From Candidatus Aldehydirespiratoraceae bacterium (GTDB lineage Bacteria > Actinomycetota > Acidimicrobiia > Acidimicrobiales > Aldehydirespiratoraceae): a stretch of DNA of 64,000 bases. This document shows, one piece after another, positions 51,606 through 64,000 of this stretch (position 1 is the first letter of the stretch; each line of letters opens with the position of its first letter). The position numbers and the translations under genes were made by a program. The stretch covers positions 214,029 through 278,028 of the forward strand of contig OZ244902.1 of assembly GCA_965221635.1 (NCBI GenBank), in the 5' to 3' direction. The notes beneath the pieces are model-generated. The model did no database searches. It worked only from the letters and a program-made list of their open reading frames with translations, and was not told the DNA's origin.

Positions 51606-53597
51606 TCAGGAGCCATCGACGCCGGGTAGCGGGGCGGCTTCGGGTTGCAGCACCCCTGCTGCCACCAGGGCCTCCACCAAGGCCTGGAACTTGAAGGTGG
51701 TCTCGTCGAGTTCGGTTTGGGGCACCGAATCGGCGACTATGCCCGCTCCTGCGAACAGCCAAACCCGATCCGCGGTGGCCAGGCCCGAGCGCAACGCCAC
51801 ACACAGCTCACCGTTGCCGTCCAGGGCACACCACCCCACCGGCGCCGCGTACCAGCCGCGGTGAAATCCCTCACGTCGGGCGATCCACTCCACCGCCGCG
51901 TTGGTGGGAGTGCCCCCGACGGCGGCTGTGGGGTGCAGTTCACCGGCCACGCGCAGCACATCCATGTCGCTCATGCCGCTGCGACGGCGTGCCACCCTCG
52001 CAGTGATCGGAGTGCTGAGATGCTGCACCCTGGCCAGGCGCATCACGTCGGGCTCGGCGGGGGTTGGGTCGACCAGGCCCAGATGGTTGAGCGACTCGGT
52101 GATGTTCTCCACCACGAAACGGTGCTCGGACTGCTCCTTGGACGACGCCACCAACTGCTCCGCAAGCCGGCGATCCTCTTCGGGGGTTGCGCCACGGGGC
52201 GCTGTGCCTGCCAGCGCAGTGGCATGAATGCGAGGACCGTCAAGGGTGACCAACTCCTCGGGGGTGGCGCCGAAGAACAACGGCCTCACACCCCCCGACT
52301 GCGCCGGATCGCCATCCGACGCTTCGCAAGGGCCGGGCCCTCCGGCAGAGAAAGCAAACACGGCGCACTGAGGGTTGGTGCTGCGCAGTCCCGCGAGTAC
52401 CCGCGCCCGAGCCCAATTCGAGGCCATGTCGGCTTCGAGGCACACCGAACGCGCCAACACCACTTTCGCGAGTTCACCTGCGCCGATGGCCTCGGTTCCG
52501 TCGGCCACCAAACCCAGGTAGCGGTTGTCAACACCCAACTCTGCCAACGCTCGCGGAGCAACACGCTCAGTGCCCACAACGTCCGCGGTGGCATCGGCTT
52601 GTTCGACCACCGCCTGGGGTGGCTCGAAGTTTTTGAGGCGCTGCTCGAGGTGGCGCAACGTTTGCTGCTCGTCGTTGTCGGCACCGATGCGAGCCGCCGC
52701 CTGAATCCAGAACTCGTCTCCTTGTTGGATGATGGTGGTGGCTGCAAGCACCAGGCGGCAGTCCCCGAAGCCGGCCCAGTGCTCGACACCCGGCCCACGC
52801 CGATCTGAACCGCCAGGCGAAACCTCGGAATCGGTAGCTGTGGCGGCGCCGGAACCCGTGAACGAGAAACCGCCGACCAGCAACGGCGCCGGAGCGTCGG
52901 TGGGGCCGTGGCGGCGCACACGAGCCTCCAGGGTGACCCTCGCCGCGGAGGCCCCGGCGAATCTGTCCACACCGCTGGGTTCCACCACCTCCACCTCCCC
53001 CAGCGCCACCAGACCCTCGCGCTGCGACGGGCTCAGCCACACCGCCACGGGCTCGGCCGGGTCGGCGGCTGCGAACACCGCCAGGGGGTCCACTTGTTGC
53101 TGAAGGCGTCGGCTCACCACCACGATCGTTCCCGCGGCCGTGGCGGTGTCTTCCTCCTCGGCGAGGCGTGACATGGCCCGGCTCACCAGCGTGCGCTCGA
53201 AATGGGAGGCCACGAGGCGTGTGGCCACCGGCACGAGGCGTTGCATGCTCTCGGCGAGCTCGGAACGGTCGTGTCCCCGCTGGGCGGCTTGTCGTTTGAA
53301 CAGGTCGAGAGCGTCGTCGATAACCGCTTCGGTGTTGGCGGCGTGGCGCATCGCCAGCGCGGCCAGTTCCTCCACTTTCACGCCTTCGCTCATGAGGGTG
53401 CGAGCCGCGATCAGCATGTCCACCGCTTCGGGTTCGAACAGTTCGCCCGTGGCGTCGCCGGTGGGCACGAGCAGTCCGGCGTCCACCGCCAGATCCACCC
53501 AGAACGGCTCAAGTTCGGCGCGATCGGCCAGTTGTGCCCGGTTGAGGGCCTCCCCGCTTTGGTGCGGAGCCGTTTGATTGTGAGAAGACTCCGACAC
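51606..53597 (-). CDS. menF: isochorismate synthase with an extra N-terminal region of about 130 aa resembling a MerR-type HTH
   Basis: C-terminal chorismate-binding blocks LHPTAAVGGTP and RGWYAAPVGW. N-terminus LADRAELEPFWVDLAVDAGLLVPTGDATGELFEPEAVDMLIAARTLMSEGVKVEEL. Confidence 0.8.
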   Translation of the reverse strand: MSESSHNQTAPHQSGEALNRAQLADRAELEPFWVDLAVDAGLLVPTGDATGELFEPEAVDMLIAARTLMSEGVKVEELAALAMRHAANTEAVIDDALDLFKRQAAQRGHDRSELAESMQRLVPVATRLVASHFERTLVSRAMSRLAEEEDTATAAGTIVVVSRRLQQQVDPLAVFAAADPAEPVAVWLSPSQREGLVALGEVEVVEPSGVDRFAGASAARVTLEARVRRHGPTDAPAPLLVGGFSFTGSGAATATDSEVSPGGSDRRGPGVEHWAGFGDCRLVLAATTIIQQGDEFWIQAAARIGADNDEQQTLRHLEQRLKNFEPPQAVVEQADATADVVGTERVAPRALAELGVDNRYLGLVADGTEAIGAGELAKVVLARSVCLEADMASNWARARVLAGLRSTNPQCAVFAFSAGGPGPCEASDGDPAQSGGVRPLFFGATPEELVTLDGPRIHATALAGTAPRGATPEEDRRLAEQLVASSKEQSEHRFVVENITESLNHLGLVDPTPAEPDVMRLARVQHLSTPITARVARRRSGMSDMDVLRVAGELHPTAAVGGTPTNAAVEWIARREGFHRGWYAAPVGWCALDGNGELCVALRSGLATADRVWLFAGAGIVADSVPQTELDETTFKFQALVEALVAAGVLQPEAAPLPGVDGS

Positions 53598-53742
53598 TGA
53601 TGCCAGGCTAAGAGCGCCCGCCTGTGGGCGTTCAAGTGACTAGCAGCACCCTTCGGCCCAGTGTCGGGTGCGCCCCGCTCAACGGCGCCTCCCAGCACCG
53701 ACCCGCGGCCCGACGGTGAGCTGTCAGCCGGTGGCGCCGATG

Positions 53743-56957
<3,215 letters not shown>

Positions 56958-56988
56958 CCCAGGCCGGGGTGATGGGGCGGGGCGGGGG

Positions 56989-58062
56989 TTAGGTGGCTTG
57001 GCCTCCTCCTACTACTTTGTCGCCTTGGTAGGCCACGACGCTTTGGCCTGGGGCGACGCGACGCTTGGGTGAGGCCCAGGTGAGCAACGCTTCGCCTGAG
57101 CACGGCGGGCCGAGGGGTTCGATGGTGGCTTCGGCGGTGGGGCCGTGCGCGGAGGTTTGTGCTTGCACGACGGTCACCGGGTCGCCGGTCCAGCGCCACT
57201 GTTGCAACGGGGTGTGGCTGGTTTCGAGCTCTTCTCGGGTGCCCACAACCACCGTGGCGGTGTCCTGGTTCACTTCGAGCACGTAGCGGGGCTCGCCGCC
57301 GAGTGCTCCCAGGCCGCGACGTTGGCCCACGGTGACCAGTTCCATGGCGTCGGTTGCGCCCAGCTGCGCGCCGCTGGTGGTGACGATCCGACCGGGCCTG
57401 AAGCCGATGCGCTCACCCAGAAAGGCCTTGCGGCCCTTATCGGAGGTGATGAAACACACGTCCTGACTGTCGGGTTTCGAGGCGGTTGCCAGGCCACGCT
57501 CGGAGGCCAGTTTGCGCACCTGTTGCTTGGTGATGTCGCCAACCGGAAGCAGCAGCCTGCCGAGCACCTCCGGGGTGAGCATGTGCAGCACGTAGGACTG
57601 ATCCTTGGCCCGATCCGCGCCGCGGGCCAGCCGCGGCCCGTGCGGTGTGGAAACAACGCGGGCGTGATGACCGGTGGCCACCAGGCGAAATCCGAGCGCG
57701 TCGGCGCGACGCAGCAGCCGATCGAACTTGAGGTGGCGGTTGCATTCGATGCACGGGTTGGGTGTGCGTCCCGAAGCGTGATCGGCCACATACGGGGCCA
57801 CCACGTGACGTTCGAAATCGTCTCCGAAGTTGAACACGTGATGGTCGATGCCGAGCTTGTCGGCCACCCAACGGGCGTCGTCGGTGTCGGCCACCGAACA
57901 GCAGCCCGTGTCGGACGGTCCACCCCACAATTTCATGGTGACGCCGGTGACCTCGTAACCGGCGTCCACCAGGCGCGCAGCCGCCACCGACGAGTCCACC
58001 CCGCCCGACATGGCCACCAGCACCCGCCGGTCGCGGCGCTCGGAATGCGCCTCCGGGCCCAT
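56989..58062 (-). CDS. mnmA: tRNA 2-thiouridine(34) synthase
   Basis: PP-loop VLVAMSGGVDSSVAA and later conserved Cys residues. The ATG at 58062 lies just after the cysteine desulfurase stop. Confidence 0.9.
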   Translation of the reverse strand: MGPEAHSERRDRRVLVAMSGGVDSSVAAARLVDAGYEVTGVTMKLWGGPSDTGCCSVADTDDARWVADKLGIDHHVFNFGDDFERHVVAPYVADHASGRTPNPCIECNRHLKFDRLLRRADALGFRLVATGHHARVVSTPHGPRLARGADRAKDQSYVLHMLTPEVLGRLLLPVGDITKQQVRKLASERGLATASKPDSQDVCFITSDKGRKAFLGERIGFRPGRIVTTSGAQLGATDAMELVTVGQRRGLGALGGEPRYVLEVNQDTATVVVGTREELETSHTPLQQWRWTGDPVTVVQAQTSAHGPTAEATIEPLGPPCSGEALLTWASPKRRVAPGQSVVAYQGDKVVGGGQAT

Positions 58063-58063
58063 T

Positions 58064-59290
58064 TCAGCCACCACCGAAACGATCGAGACGACGCACACTG
58101 GCCACGATCACGTCCACCGCTCGTTCGATGTGCGGCTCCTCGGTGGTGTGGCCCAGCGACAGGCGCAACGACCCGGCGGCAAGCTCACGAGGAATACCCA
58201 TCGCAGCGAGCACGTGCGAGGGATCCTGGGCGCCGCTCGAACACGACGACGCCGCGGAGGCAGCCACGCCCGCGTCGTCGATCAGGAACAGCAACGCCTC
58301 GCTGATCACGCCGCTGATGCACACGTTGGCGATACCCGCGGCGATGTGGCCCCGGTCCGCGGCGCCCTGCGCTGCGGAGATGAGCACCCTGTCGCCGAGC
58401 TCTGCGACCAGCCCGTCGATCAGCCGGTCTCGCAGCGCGCCGATTCGTGCGACGCTTTGGGCGCGCTCCGCGGTGGTTTCGCTCAACGCCGCCGCGAACG
58501 CAACGGCCCCGGCAACATCGGGTGTGCCCGCCCGGCGTCCCCGCTCCTGACCGCCGCCCACGATCAGCGGATCGAGTTGCGCCTCGTTGCGCACCACCAG
58601 CGCCCCGGTTCCCACCGGTGAGCCGACCTTGTGGCCGGTCACCGACACCAGGTCGCAGTCGGCGGTTAGTTCGGCCACGTCGATCCAGTTGGGGGCCTGA
58701 ACTGCGTCGGTGTGCAACAACGCGTCGGGGGCCAGCCGTCGCACGATCTCGGCCACCTCTGCCATGGGCGTGATGGCGCCGGTTTCGTTGTTGACCGCTA
58801 TCACCGACACCACCGCCACCCGGTCACAACGCCCGAGGGTGTCCTCCAGTTGTTCACAGTCCACGAAGCCGTGCGGTCGCACCCCTACCACAGCGCCGTG
58901 GCCGCTTGCGGTGACCGGATCGAGCACGGCGTGATGCTCGGCGGCGGTGGTGACCGCCACCCAAGTGGCGTCTGTGTCCGAGTTGCGGGCCGCCAAAGCG
59001 CCGGTTATGGCCATGTTGTCGGCTTCGCTTCCGCCCGAGGTGAACACCACCTCCGAAGGATGGGCTCCCAAGGCCTGTGCAACCGCTTCGCGGGCGCCGT
59101 CGAGGGCTTTGCGCGCGTTGCGTGCCGCCCGGTGCGATCCGGTGGGGTTGGCGTGATGCTCACAGGCCGCCGCCAGCCAAGCGCGCCGCGCCGACTCGCG
59201 CAACGGCGTGGACGCCGCATGGTCGAGGTAGATCTCGGCGTGGCCGGTCACCTGCCCGGCGCCGCGCAGCGATGTTTCCAAGGCGACCAC
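58064..59290 (-). CDS. cysteine desulfurase (class V aminotransferase, IscS/NifS-like)
   Basis: PLP-lysine block SVTGHKVGSPVGTGALVV. C-terminal active-site Cys region ASSCSSGAQDPSHVLAAMG. Confidence 0.85.
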   Translation of the reverse strand: MVALETSLRGAGQVTGHAEIYLDHAASTPLRESARRAWLAAACEHHANPTGSHRAARNARKALDGAREAVAQALGAHPSEVVFTSGGSEADNMAITGALAARNSDTDATWVAVTTAAEHHAVLDPVTASGHGAVVGVRPHGFVDCEQLEDTLGRCDRVAVVSVIAVNNETGAITPMAEVAEIVRRLAPDALLHTDAVQAPNWIDVAELTADCDLVSVTGHKVGSPVGTGALVVRNEAQLDPLIVGGGQERGRRAGTPDVAGAVAFAAALSETTAERAQSVARIGALRDRLIDGLVAELGDRVLISAAQGAADRGHIAAGIANVCISGVISEALLFLIDDAGVAASAASSCSSGAQDPSHVLAAMGIPRELAAGSLRLSLGHTTEEPHIERAVDVIVASVRRLDRFGGG

Positions 59291-59409
59291 GCCGTCAATC
59301 TACGGCGGGGCAACCTGAGGCGAGGAAAGTCTGCGCTTGGGCCGTCTCGCCGAAAGCCCCGCGGGGCGCAGCGTGTGCCACGACCGGTGGCCTGGAGCGA
59401 ACCGGGTTG

Positions 59410-60351
59410 TCAGATGCGTTCGGAGATCACCGACAGCACCGGGTCTTGCCAGCGCGACGCGCCCCACAGCGACAACGCCACCAGTCCCGCGGACAGCACC
59501 ACGCCCACCAGCACCGGCACGATGTTGTGAACTGCTCGCCGTTGGCAGCGCAGGATCACCCAGCCCATGCCCAGGCCCGCCAGCAAGCCGCCGAAGTGGC
59601 CGCCCTTGGAAATGTTGGGAACCGCAAAGGTGAGCGCCAGGTTGATCAACAGCAGCATTCCCAAGGGTGAGCGCCACAAGCTGCCCCCAAAGAGCTTTTG
59701 GATCATTGCCATGGTTCCGAGCAGCCCGAACACCGCGCCGGAGGCGCCCACGGTGTACACGTTTGGATCGAGCAGCATCACCCCGGCGGCGCCGCCGAGC
59801 ATCGACACCACGAACAGCGTCACGAAACGGGCTGCGCCCATGGCCGATTCCAGCAGTTGGCCGAGCAGCCACAAGGCGTACATGTTGAACGCCAGATGCA
59901 TGATGCCGTCATGGAGGAACGCCGAGGTGACCAGGCGGTAGTACTCGCCCGTGTCCACACCGATGGATCCGCTCAGAATCCCCCAACGGCGGGCCACCAA
60001 CGCGCCGTCGTAGAGCACCGATGGGTTGATGGAGAAGAAATCGGCGCCGTTCGCCAGGGCGTACACGAACGCGGCCACGTTGGCCACGATGAGCGTTCTG
60101 GTGACCAGGTAACGGCCGCCGCCCGATTTGGTGGTGATGCGGCTCATCGGTTCGGGCCTGCTCATGATGCTGCGACTCCCTGAGCGGGCGCATTCCGGGC
60201 AGTGAAAGCCAACGGAGGCCTGATGCATGCAGTGCGGGCAGATCGGTCGGTCACAACGCTGACACACAACCCCTGCGCGGTTGGCGGGATGGCGGAAACA
60301 GGCCGGCTTGCCGTGCGTTTCGTCTGTAGTGCTCTGGGGCGGCGTTTCCAC
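59410..60351 (-). CDS. rhomboid family intramembrane serine protease with an N-terminal zinc-ribbon
   Basis: CFRHP...CQRCDRPICPHCM...CPEC, then HLAFNMYALW and GASGAVFGLLG. Confidence 0.85.
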   Translation of the reverse strand: METPPQSTTDETHGKPACFRHPANRAGVVCQRCDRPICPHCMHQASVGFHCPECARSGSRSIMSRPEPMSRITTKSGGGRYLVTRTLIVANVAAFVYALANGADFFSINPSVLYDGALVARRWGILSGSIGVDTGEYYRLVTSAFLHDGIMHLAFNMYALWLLGQLLESAMGAARFVTLFVVSMLGGAAGVMLLDPNVYTVGASGAVFGLLGTMAMIQKLFGGSLWRSPLGMLLLINLALTFAVPNISKGGHFGGLLAGLGMGWVILRCQRRAVHNIVPVLVGVVLSAGLVALSLWGASRWQDPVLSVISERI

Positions 60352-60405
60352 CGCGTGGCACGGTAACCGGCCGCGCCGCAGATCACCCGTGATCCGCCGT
60401 GGCGC

Positions 60406-60666
60406 CTAGAGCGACACGAAGGTTTCGTTCATGCCTATGGCGTTGACTTCGCGCACCTCGGTGACCCCTGGGACGCGGTCCTTCATGATCCGCTCGATTC
60501 CCGCCTTGAGGGTCTGGGTGCTGGCCGGGCAGGTCACACACGCACCGTGGAGTTCCACGGTGATCACTCCGGATGCCTCGTCCACGCTCACAAGGTCGAT
60601 GTCGCCCTCGTCCGCCTGGATGGCCGGCCGGATGATCTCGATGATCTTCTCCACTTCGGCGATCAC
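60406..60666 (-). CDS. NifU C-terminal (Nfu-type) Fe-S cluster carrier domain protein (start uncertain)
   Basis: IRPAIQADEGDIDLVSVDEASGVITVELHGACVTCPAS. Minimal start is the GTG at 60666. The track ORF extends to 61050, but that extension is not protein-like. Confidence 0.7.
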   Translation of the reverse strand: MIAEVEKIIEIIRPAIQADEGDIDLVSVDEASGVITVELHGACVTCPASTQTLKAGIERIMKDRVPGVTEVREVNAIGMNETFVSL

Positions 60667-60759
60667 ACCACCAGTGTTACCGCTCGGGGCGCCGGCCACA
60701 CCCCCACCCCGGCGAACGCCCGCAGTGGCGTCGGTAGCCTCGGGCGGGTGAGCGGCTCG

Positions 60760-60912
60760 ATGTTGGCCCACATCGCAGGCGTGAGCGAGTGGGTGCTGTT
60801 GGTTCTGGTGGGGATGCCGATGGCGATCGCCGCCGGGTTGGTGTGGAGCGCCAAACGCCGGGCGCTCGATCAGGCACAACACAGCGACGAAGAAGCCTCC
60901 GACCACGCCTGA
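60760..60912 (+). CDS. possible small single-TM protein (50 aa)
   Basis: MLAHIAGVSEWVLLVLVGMPMAIAAGLVWSAKRRAL... My hand tally of third-position G+C is clearly higher in this frame than in the opposing Nfu-extension frame. Confidence 0.3.
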   Translation: MLAHIAGVSEWVLLVLVGMPMAIAAGLVWSAKRRALDQAQHSDEEASDHA

Positions 60913-60979
60913 CCGCAGGCTGGGCCAGGCGCTCGGGGCCCAGGCTGTGCGGGCCCAGGTCTTGGCCCGGGTGGTCGGC

Positions 60980-62371
60980 CTACTCGGCGCGGATGCGTGC
61001 CCCCACCGCGGAGAGCTTGCCGGCGAGGTCTTCGTAACCGCGCGCCACATGATGGGCGTCGGTGACTTCGGTTACGCCCTCGGCGTGGAGTCCGGCAATC
61101 GCCAAGGCCGCCCCGGCGCGAATGTCGTGAGCTCTCACCTTGGCGCCCGACAGTCTTTCGATTCCCTGCACCACCAGGTGGTGGTGATCCACCCGAATGT
61201 CGGCGTTCATGCGCCAAAGTTCGTCCACGTAACGGAACCGTGCCTCGAAGACGTTCTCGGTGATGATGCTCTTGCCCTTGGCGGTGGCGAGCAACGCCAC
61301 CAGCATCGGCTGGTAGTCGGTTGCCAGGCCCGGGTAGGGCAACGTGATGTAGGACCCTTCCGCGCGCAGCCGGTGCGGCGACACCACGCTGATGGTGTCC
61401 TCCCCGGCCAGGATGAGCATGCCCATGCGCTCGAGCAGATCGCAGAGCTTCGTCATGTGGTCGGCGCGGGCGTTGGTGAGCGTTATCTCACCGCCGGTGA
61501 TGCCTGCGGCCATCAGGTAGGTGCCTGCTTCGATCCGGTCGGGTATCGGTTGGTGATCCACCGGATGAAGATGCCCGGTGCCCCCCGGGCCCGAAACGGT
61601 CAACGTGGCGGTGCCGACACCGGAAATGTCCGCTCCCATCGCCACCAGGAAGTTGCACAAGTCCACGATTTCGGGTTCACGCGCAGCGGAGTCGATCACC
61701 GTTGTGCCCTTGGCGCCAACCGCGGCCATGAGAATGTTCTCGGTGGCGCCCACGCTGGGCCGGTCGAGCACCATGGTCGTGCCGGTGAGCGGAGCCGGGC
61801 CTGCGAACGCCTCCACGTATCCGTGGGCGCTTTGCACCTTCGCGCCCAACTTCTCAACGCCCCACAGGTGAATGTCGATCGGGCGCGAGCCCAGGTCGTC
61901 GCCACCGGGCCGGGCTACCTTCGCCTCGCCGCAACGAGCCAGCATCGGACCCAGCACCGCTATCGACGCGCGGAACTTGTCCACAATGTCATAGGGCGCC
62001 ACGGGGTTGATCTGCGCCGGCACGGCTATGTGCAGCGTGGACGCTTCCACGGCGCTCCAGTTCACGTCGCATCCGATGATGCGCAACAGCTCGGCCATCA
62101 GGTCGACGTCGGCTATGCGCGGAACGTGGCTGATCCGGTAGTTCCCTTCGCAAAGCAGCGTGGCCGCCATCAGCTTCAGCACCGAGTTCTTGGCGCCGTC
62201 GATGGGGATCTCACCCGAAAGAGGCGGACCGGCCTCAACTACGATTCGCTCGATGGGCCTGCTCCCCCCGGCATCGGTGACAGCGCCACCGGTGGAGTCC
62301 CCAACCACCGTGAGCGGGGTGTCTGGGCCGGGCGGGCCATCGGAGCGGTGGCCTCCCCCGCCGTCGATCAC
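60980..62371 (-). CDS. murA: UDP-N-acetylglucosamine 1-carboxyvinyltransferase
   Basis: GAKNSVLKLMAATLL, RPIDIHL, and the two-domain EPSP-fold length. The N-terminal 40 or so codons may not be translated. Confidence 0.85.
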   Translation of the reverse strand: MIDGGGGHRSDGPPGPDTPLTVVGDSTGGAVTDAGGSRPIERIVVEAGPPLSGEIPIDGAKNSVLKLMAATLLCEGNYRISHVPRIADVDLMAELLRIIGCDVNWSAVEASTLHIAVPAQINPVAPYDIVDKFRASIAVLGPMLARCGEAKVARPGGDDLGSRPIDIHLWGVEKLGAKVQSAHGYVEAFAGPAPLTGTTMVLDRPSVGATENILMAAVGAKGTTVIDSAAREPEIVDLCNFLVAMGADISGVGTATLTVSGPGGTGHLHPVDHQPIPDRIEAGTYLMAAGITGGEITLTNARADHMTKLCDLLERMGMLILAGEDTISVVSPHRLRAEGSYITLPYPGLATDYQPMLVALLATAKGKSIITENVFEARFRYVDELWRMNADIRVDHHHLVVQGIERLSGAKVRAHDIRAGAALAIAGLHAEGVTEVTDAHHVARGYEDLAGKLSAVGARIRAE

Positions 62372-62421
62372 GGTCCGAGCCTAGATGCCCAACACACAGC
62401 TCCGGTGAATGCCCCCAGGCA

Positions 62422-64000
62422 ATGAGCGAACTTCGCCACACCATCCGGGGGACGCCTACCGAGCTGAGCGACGAGTGGGAACGGCGCCGTTTGCCCCGCA
62501 ACGACATCGTGGCCGAAACAGCAGTGCCCGGCGACGACGGGGAGCACCGCTTCGAGGCCGCCGAGGGCCCCTTCGACCACTACGAACGCGTCGTGGAATT
62601 GCGCCCCGATGCGTCCACCGCCGAGGGGTGGACGCTCACCGAAACGATCCGCTACCGGCTGGCGGTGCCGGTGTGGGCGTGGCTGTTCTGGTGGCCGGTG
62701 CGCCGAGCGTTGCGCCACCGCCAGGCGCGGCACGCCTACTGGTGGGCGCCACCGGACCGGCTTGACAGCCGCTGCGCCACGGTGATGGGGTTGTTGTGTA
62801 CCGCTCAGGTGGTGGACGGCTACCTGGGCACCGTTCTCACCCAAACGCTCACCTTCGCCGCCGACGAGTTCGGTCACGGCAACACCGCCCAGGGCGTGGT
62901 GCTGGGCGCGGTGCGCGCCGGGGTGCTGTTGGCGTTGGTGGTGGTTGCCGCCGCGGATCGCCACGGACGCAAACGGCTGCTGACGGCCACCGGCGTGGCG
63001 TCGTGTGTGACGTGTGCCCTGGGCGCCGCCGCGCCGGCGTTGTGGTTCCTGGGAGGCACCCAACTCGTGGCCCGTGGCCTGTCCACCGCTTTGGGGGTGC
63101 TGATAGCGGTGGTGGCAGCCGAGGAAATGCCGGCACGGTCGCGTGCCTGGGCGGCGTCGGTGCTGGTTTTGTGCGCGGGGCTGGGATCGGGCATGGCGGT
63201 GTGGGTGCTTCCGGTGGCCGACCTGGGATTGCGGGCCTGGAGGGTGGTTTACCTGGTGCCCTTGGCGGGGGTGGCGGTGATGGTGTGGGTGGGACGACGC
63301 CTTCCCGAAAGCAGGCGTTTCATGGCAGCACTCCAAGGCGAACCGGCCTCGTCGGCGCCTGTGGTGGGCGCGGAGGACTCCGCGGCTCGCCAGGAGGCCG
63401 CCGAGCGCAGAAGGCGCCGGTTGGTGCTGCTGGGTGCTGCGGCGTTTCTGGTGGCCATGTTCGCGGCGCCGGCATCCAGCCTGCAGAACGATTTTCTCAA
63501 GGACGAGAGGGGCTACTCCGCGGCGGCCATTTCGGTGTTCACGCTCGCCACGAGCACCCCCGCCGGGATCGGGGTGCTGGTGGGTGGATATCTTGCCGAC
63601 CGCCGCGGGCGGCGACCGGTGGGAGCGTTCGGATTGACCTTCGGCGCACTGTTCACCGCGCTCGCGTATTTCGCCACCGGAGCGGGACTGTGGCTTGCCA
63701 CCCTGGCGGGCACCATCGTTGGCGGGCTCACCGTGCCCGCGTTGGCGGTGTACGGCCCCGAACTGTTCGGAACGATCAACCGTGGCCGGGCCAACGGCGT
63801 GATAGTGACCGTCGGGGTGACCGGCAGCGCTGTTGGCTTGTTGGCCACCGGGGTGCTGTCAGACGCGCTTGGTGGGCGCATCGGGCCTGCGTTGGCGTTG
63901 TTGGCGGTGGGGCCGCTGATCGTGGCGGTGTTGGTGCTCACCCGGTTCCCCGAAACCGCCGGGGTCGAACTGGAGGAGCTCAACCCTGAGGACACCCCCA
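62422..64000 (+). CDS. MFS transporter with a soluble N-terminal extension of about 100 aa (runs off the right edge; absent from the ORF track)
   Basis: My own translation from the ATG at 62422 gives MSELRHTIRGTPTELSDEWERRRL..., then TM helices with the MFS signatures AADRHGRKRLL, LPESRRF and LADRRGRRPV. There is no stop before position 64000. Confidence 0.75.
   Translation, partial: MSELRHTIRGTPTELSDEWERRRLPRNDIVAETAVPGDDGEHRFEAAEGPFDHYERVVELRPDASTAEGWTLTETIRYRLAVPVWAWLFWWPVRRALRHRQARHAYWWAPPDRLDSRCATVMGLLCTAQVVDGYLGTVLTQTLTFAADEFGHGNTAQGVVLGAVRAGVLLALVVVAAADRHGRKRLLTATGVASCVTCALGAAAPALWFLGGTQLVARGLSTALGVLIAVVAAEEMPARSRAWAASVLVLCAGLGSGMAVWVLPVADLGLRAWRVVYLVPLAGVAVMVWVGRRLPESRRFMAALQGEPASSAPVVGAEDSAARQEAAERRRRRLVLLGAAAFLVAMFAAPASSLQNDFLKDERGYSAAAISVFTLATSTPAGIGVLVGGYLADRRGRRPVGAFGLTFGALFTALAYFATGAGLWLATLAGTIVGGLTVPALAVYGPELFGTINRGRANGVIVTVGVTGSAVGLLATGVLSDALGGRIGPALALLAVGPLIVAVLVLTRFPETAGVELEELNPEDTP

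Noticed and set aside
62368-63989. Track ORFs 62368..63336 (-) and 62796..63989 (+) as genes.
   Set aside because: Both are low-complexity Arg/Gly/His-rich. The third plus frame encodes a convincing MFS transporter that the track omits because it has no stop inside the window.

Overview
This is a high-GC chromosomal segment (hand-counted samples are mostly 65-72% G+C). Its gene content looks actinobacterial: a DUF222/HNH '13E12-type' gene, inositol-3-phosphate synthase, and menaquinone genes. Nearly all genes sit in minus-strand operons, several joined by GTGA/ATGA stop-start overlaps.

Gene order, left to right:
- a partial edge gene
- a complete System I cytochrome c maturation operon, ccmABCDEFGH (0.5-7.8 kb)
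- an SDR gene, a TAP-like lipoprotein hydrolase, a hypothetical gene and ino1
- a GC-mosaic secreted and anchored protein
- a class III aminotransferase, a DUF4377 lipoprotein, a small zinc-ribbon protein and a doubled family III CoA-transferase
- a GntR-linked cluster (21.4-30.3 kb): thiolase-like protein, Cys-less HMGCS-like/DUF35 fusion, amidohydrolase, LLM oxidoreductase and a NitT/TauT-type ABC importer
- ggt and a NUDIX hydrolase
- an accessory island of about 8 kb (33.2-41.65 kb)
- a coxSLM-type molybdoenzyme, a nucleotidyltransferase and a histidine phosphatase
- menF-menD-menH-menC, ligA, a membrane protein, mnmA, a cysteine desulfurase, a rhomboid protease, an Nfu-type domain and murA
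- an MFS transporter that runs off the right edge

The island is the most interesting part. It carries a DUF222-HNH gene, a mazEF pair, and a nuclease-helicase-methyltransferase gene in a single-polypeptide (Type ISP-like) arrangement. That gene is split exactly at the nuclease/helicase junction by a G10 tract. Two diverged, toxin-less Phd/YefM-like antitoxin genes bracket the island, and one of them is GTGA-coupled to the nuclease ORF.

A second recurring oddity is a set of short tandem repeat arrays that fill intergenic spacers. These include a CCGTCCAA element lying directly after three stop codons and a 14-bp x7 array upstream of ino1.

I found no rRNA, tRNA, CRISPR array, transposase or integrase. 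All calls rest on reading the sequence and recalling motifs; nothing was searched against a database. Start codons are often uncertain.
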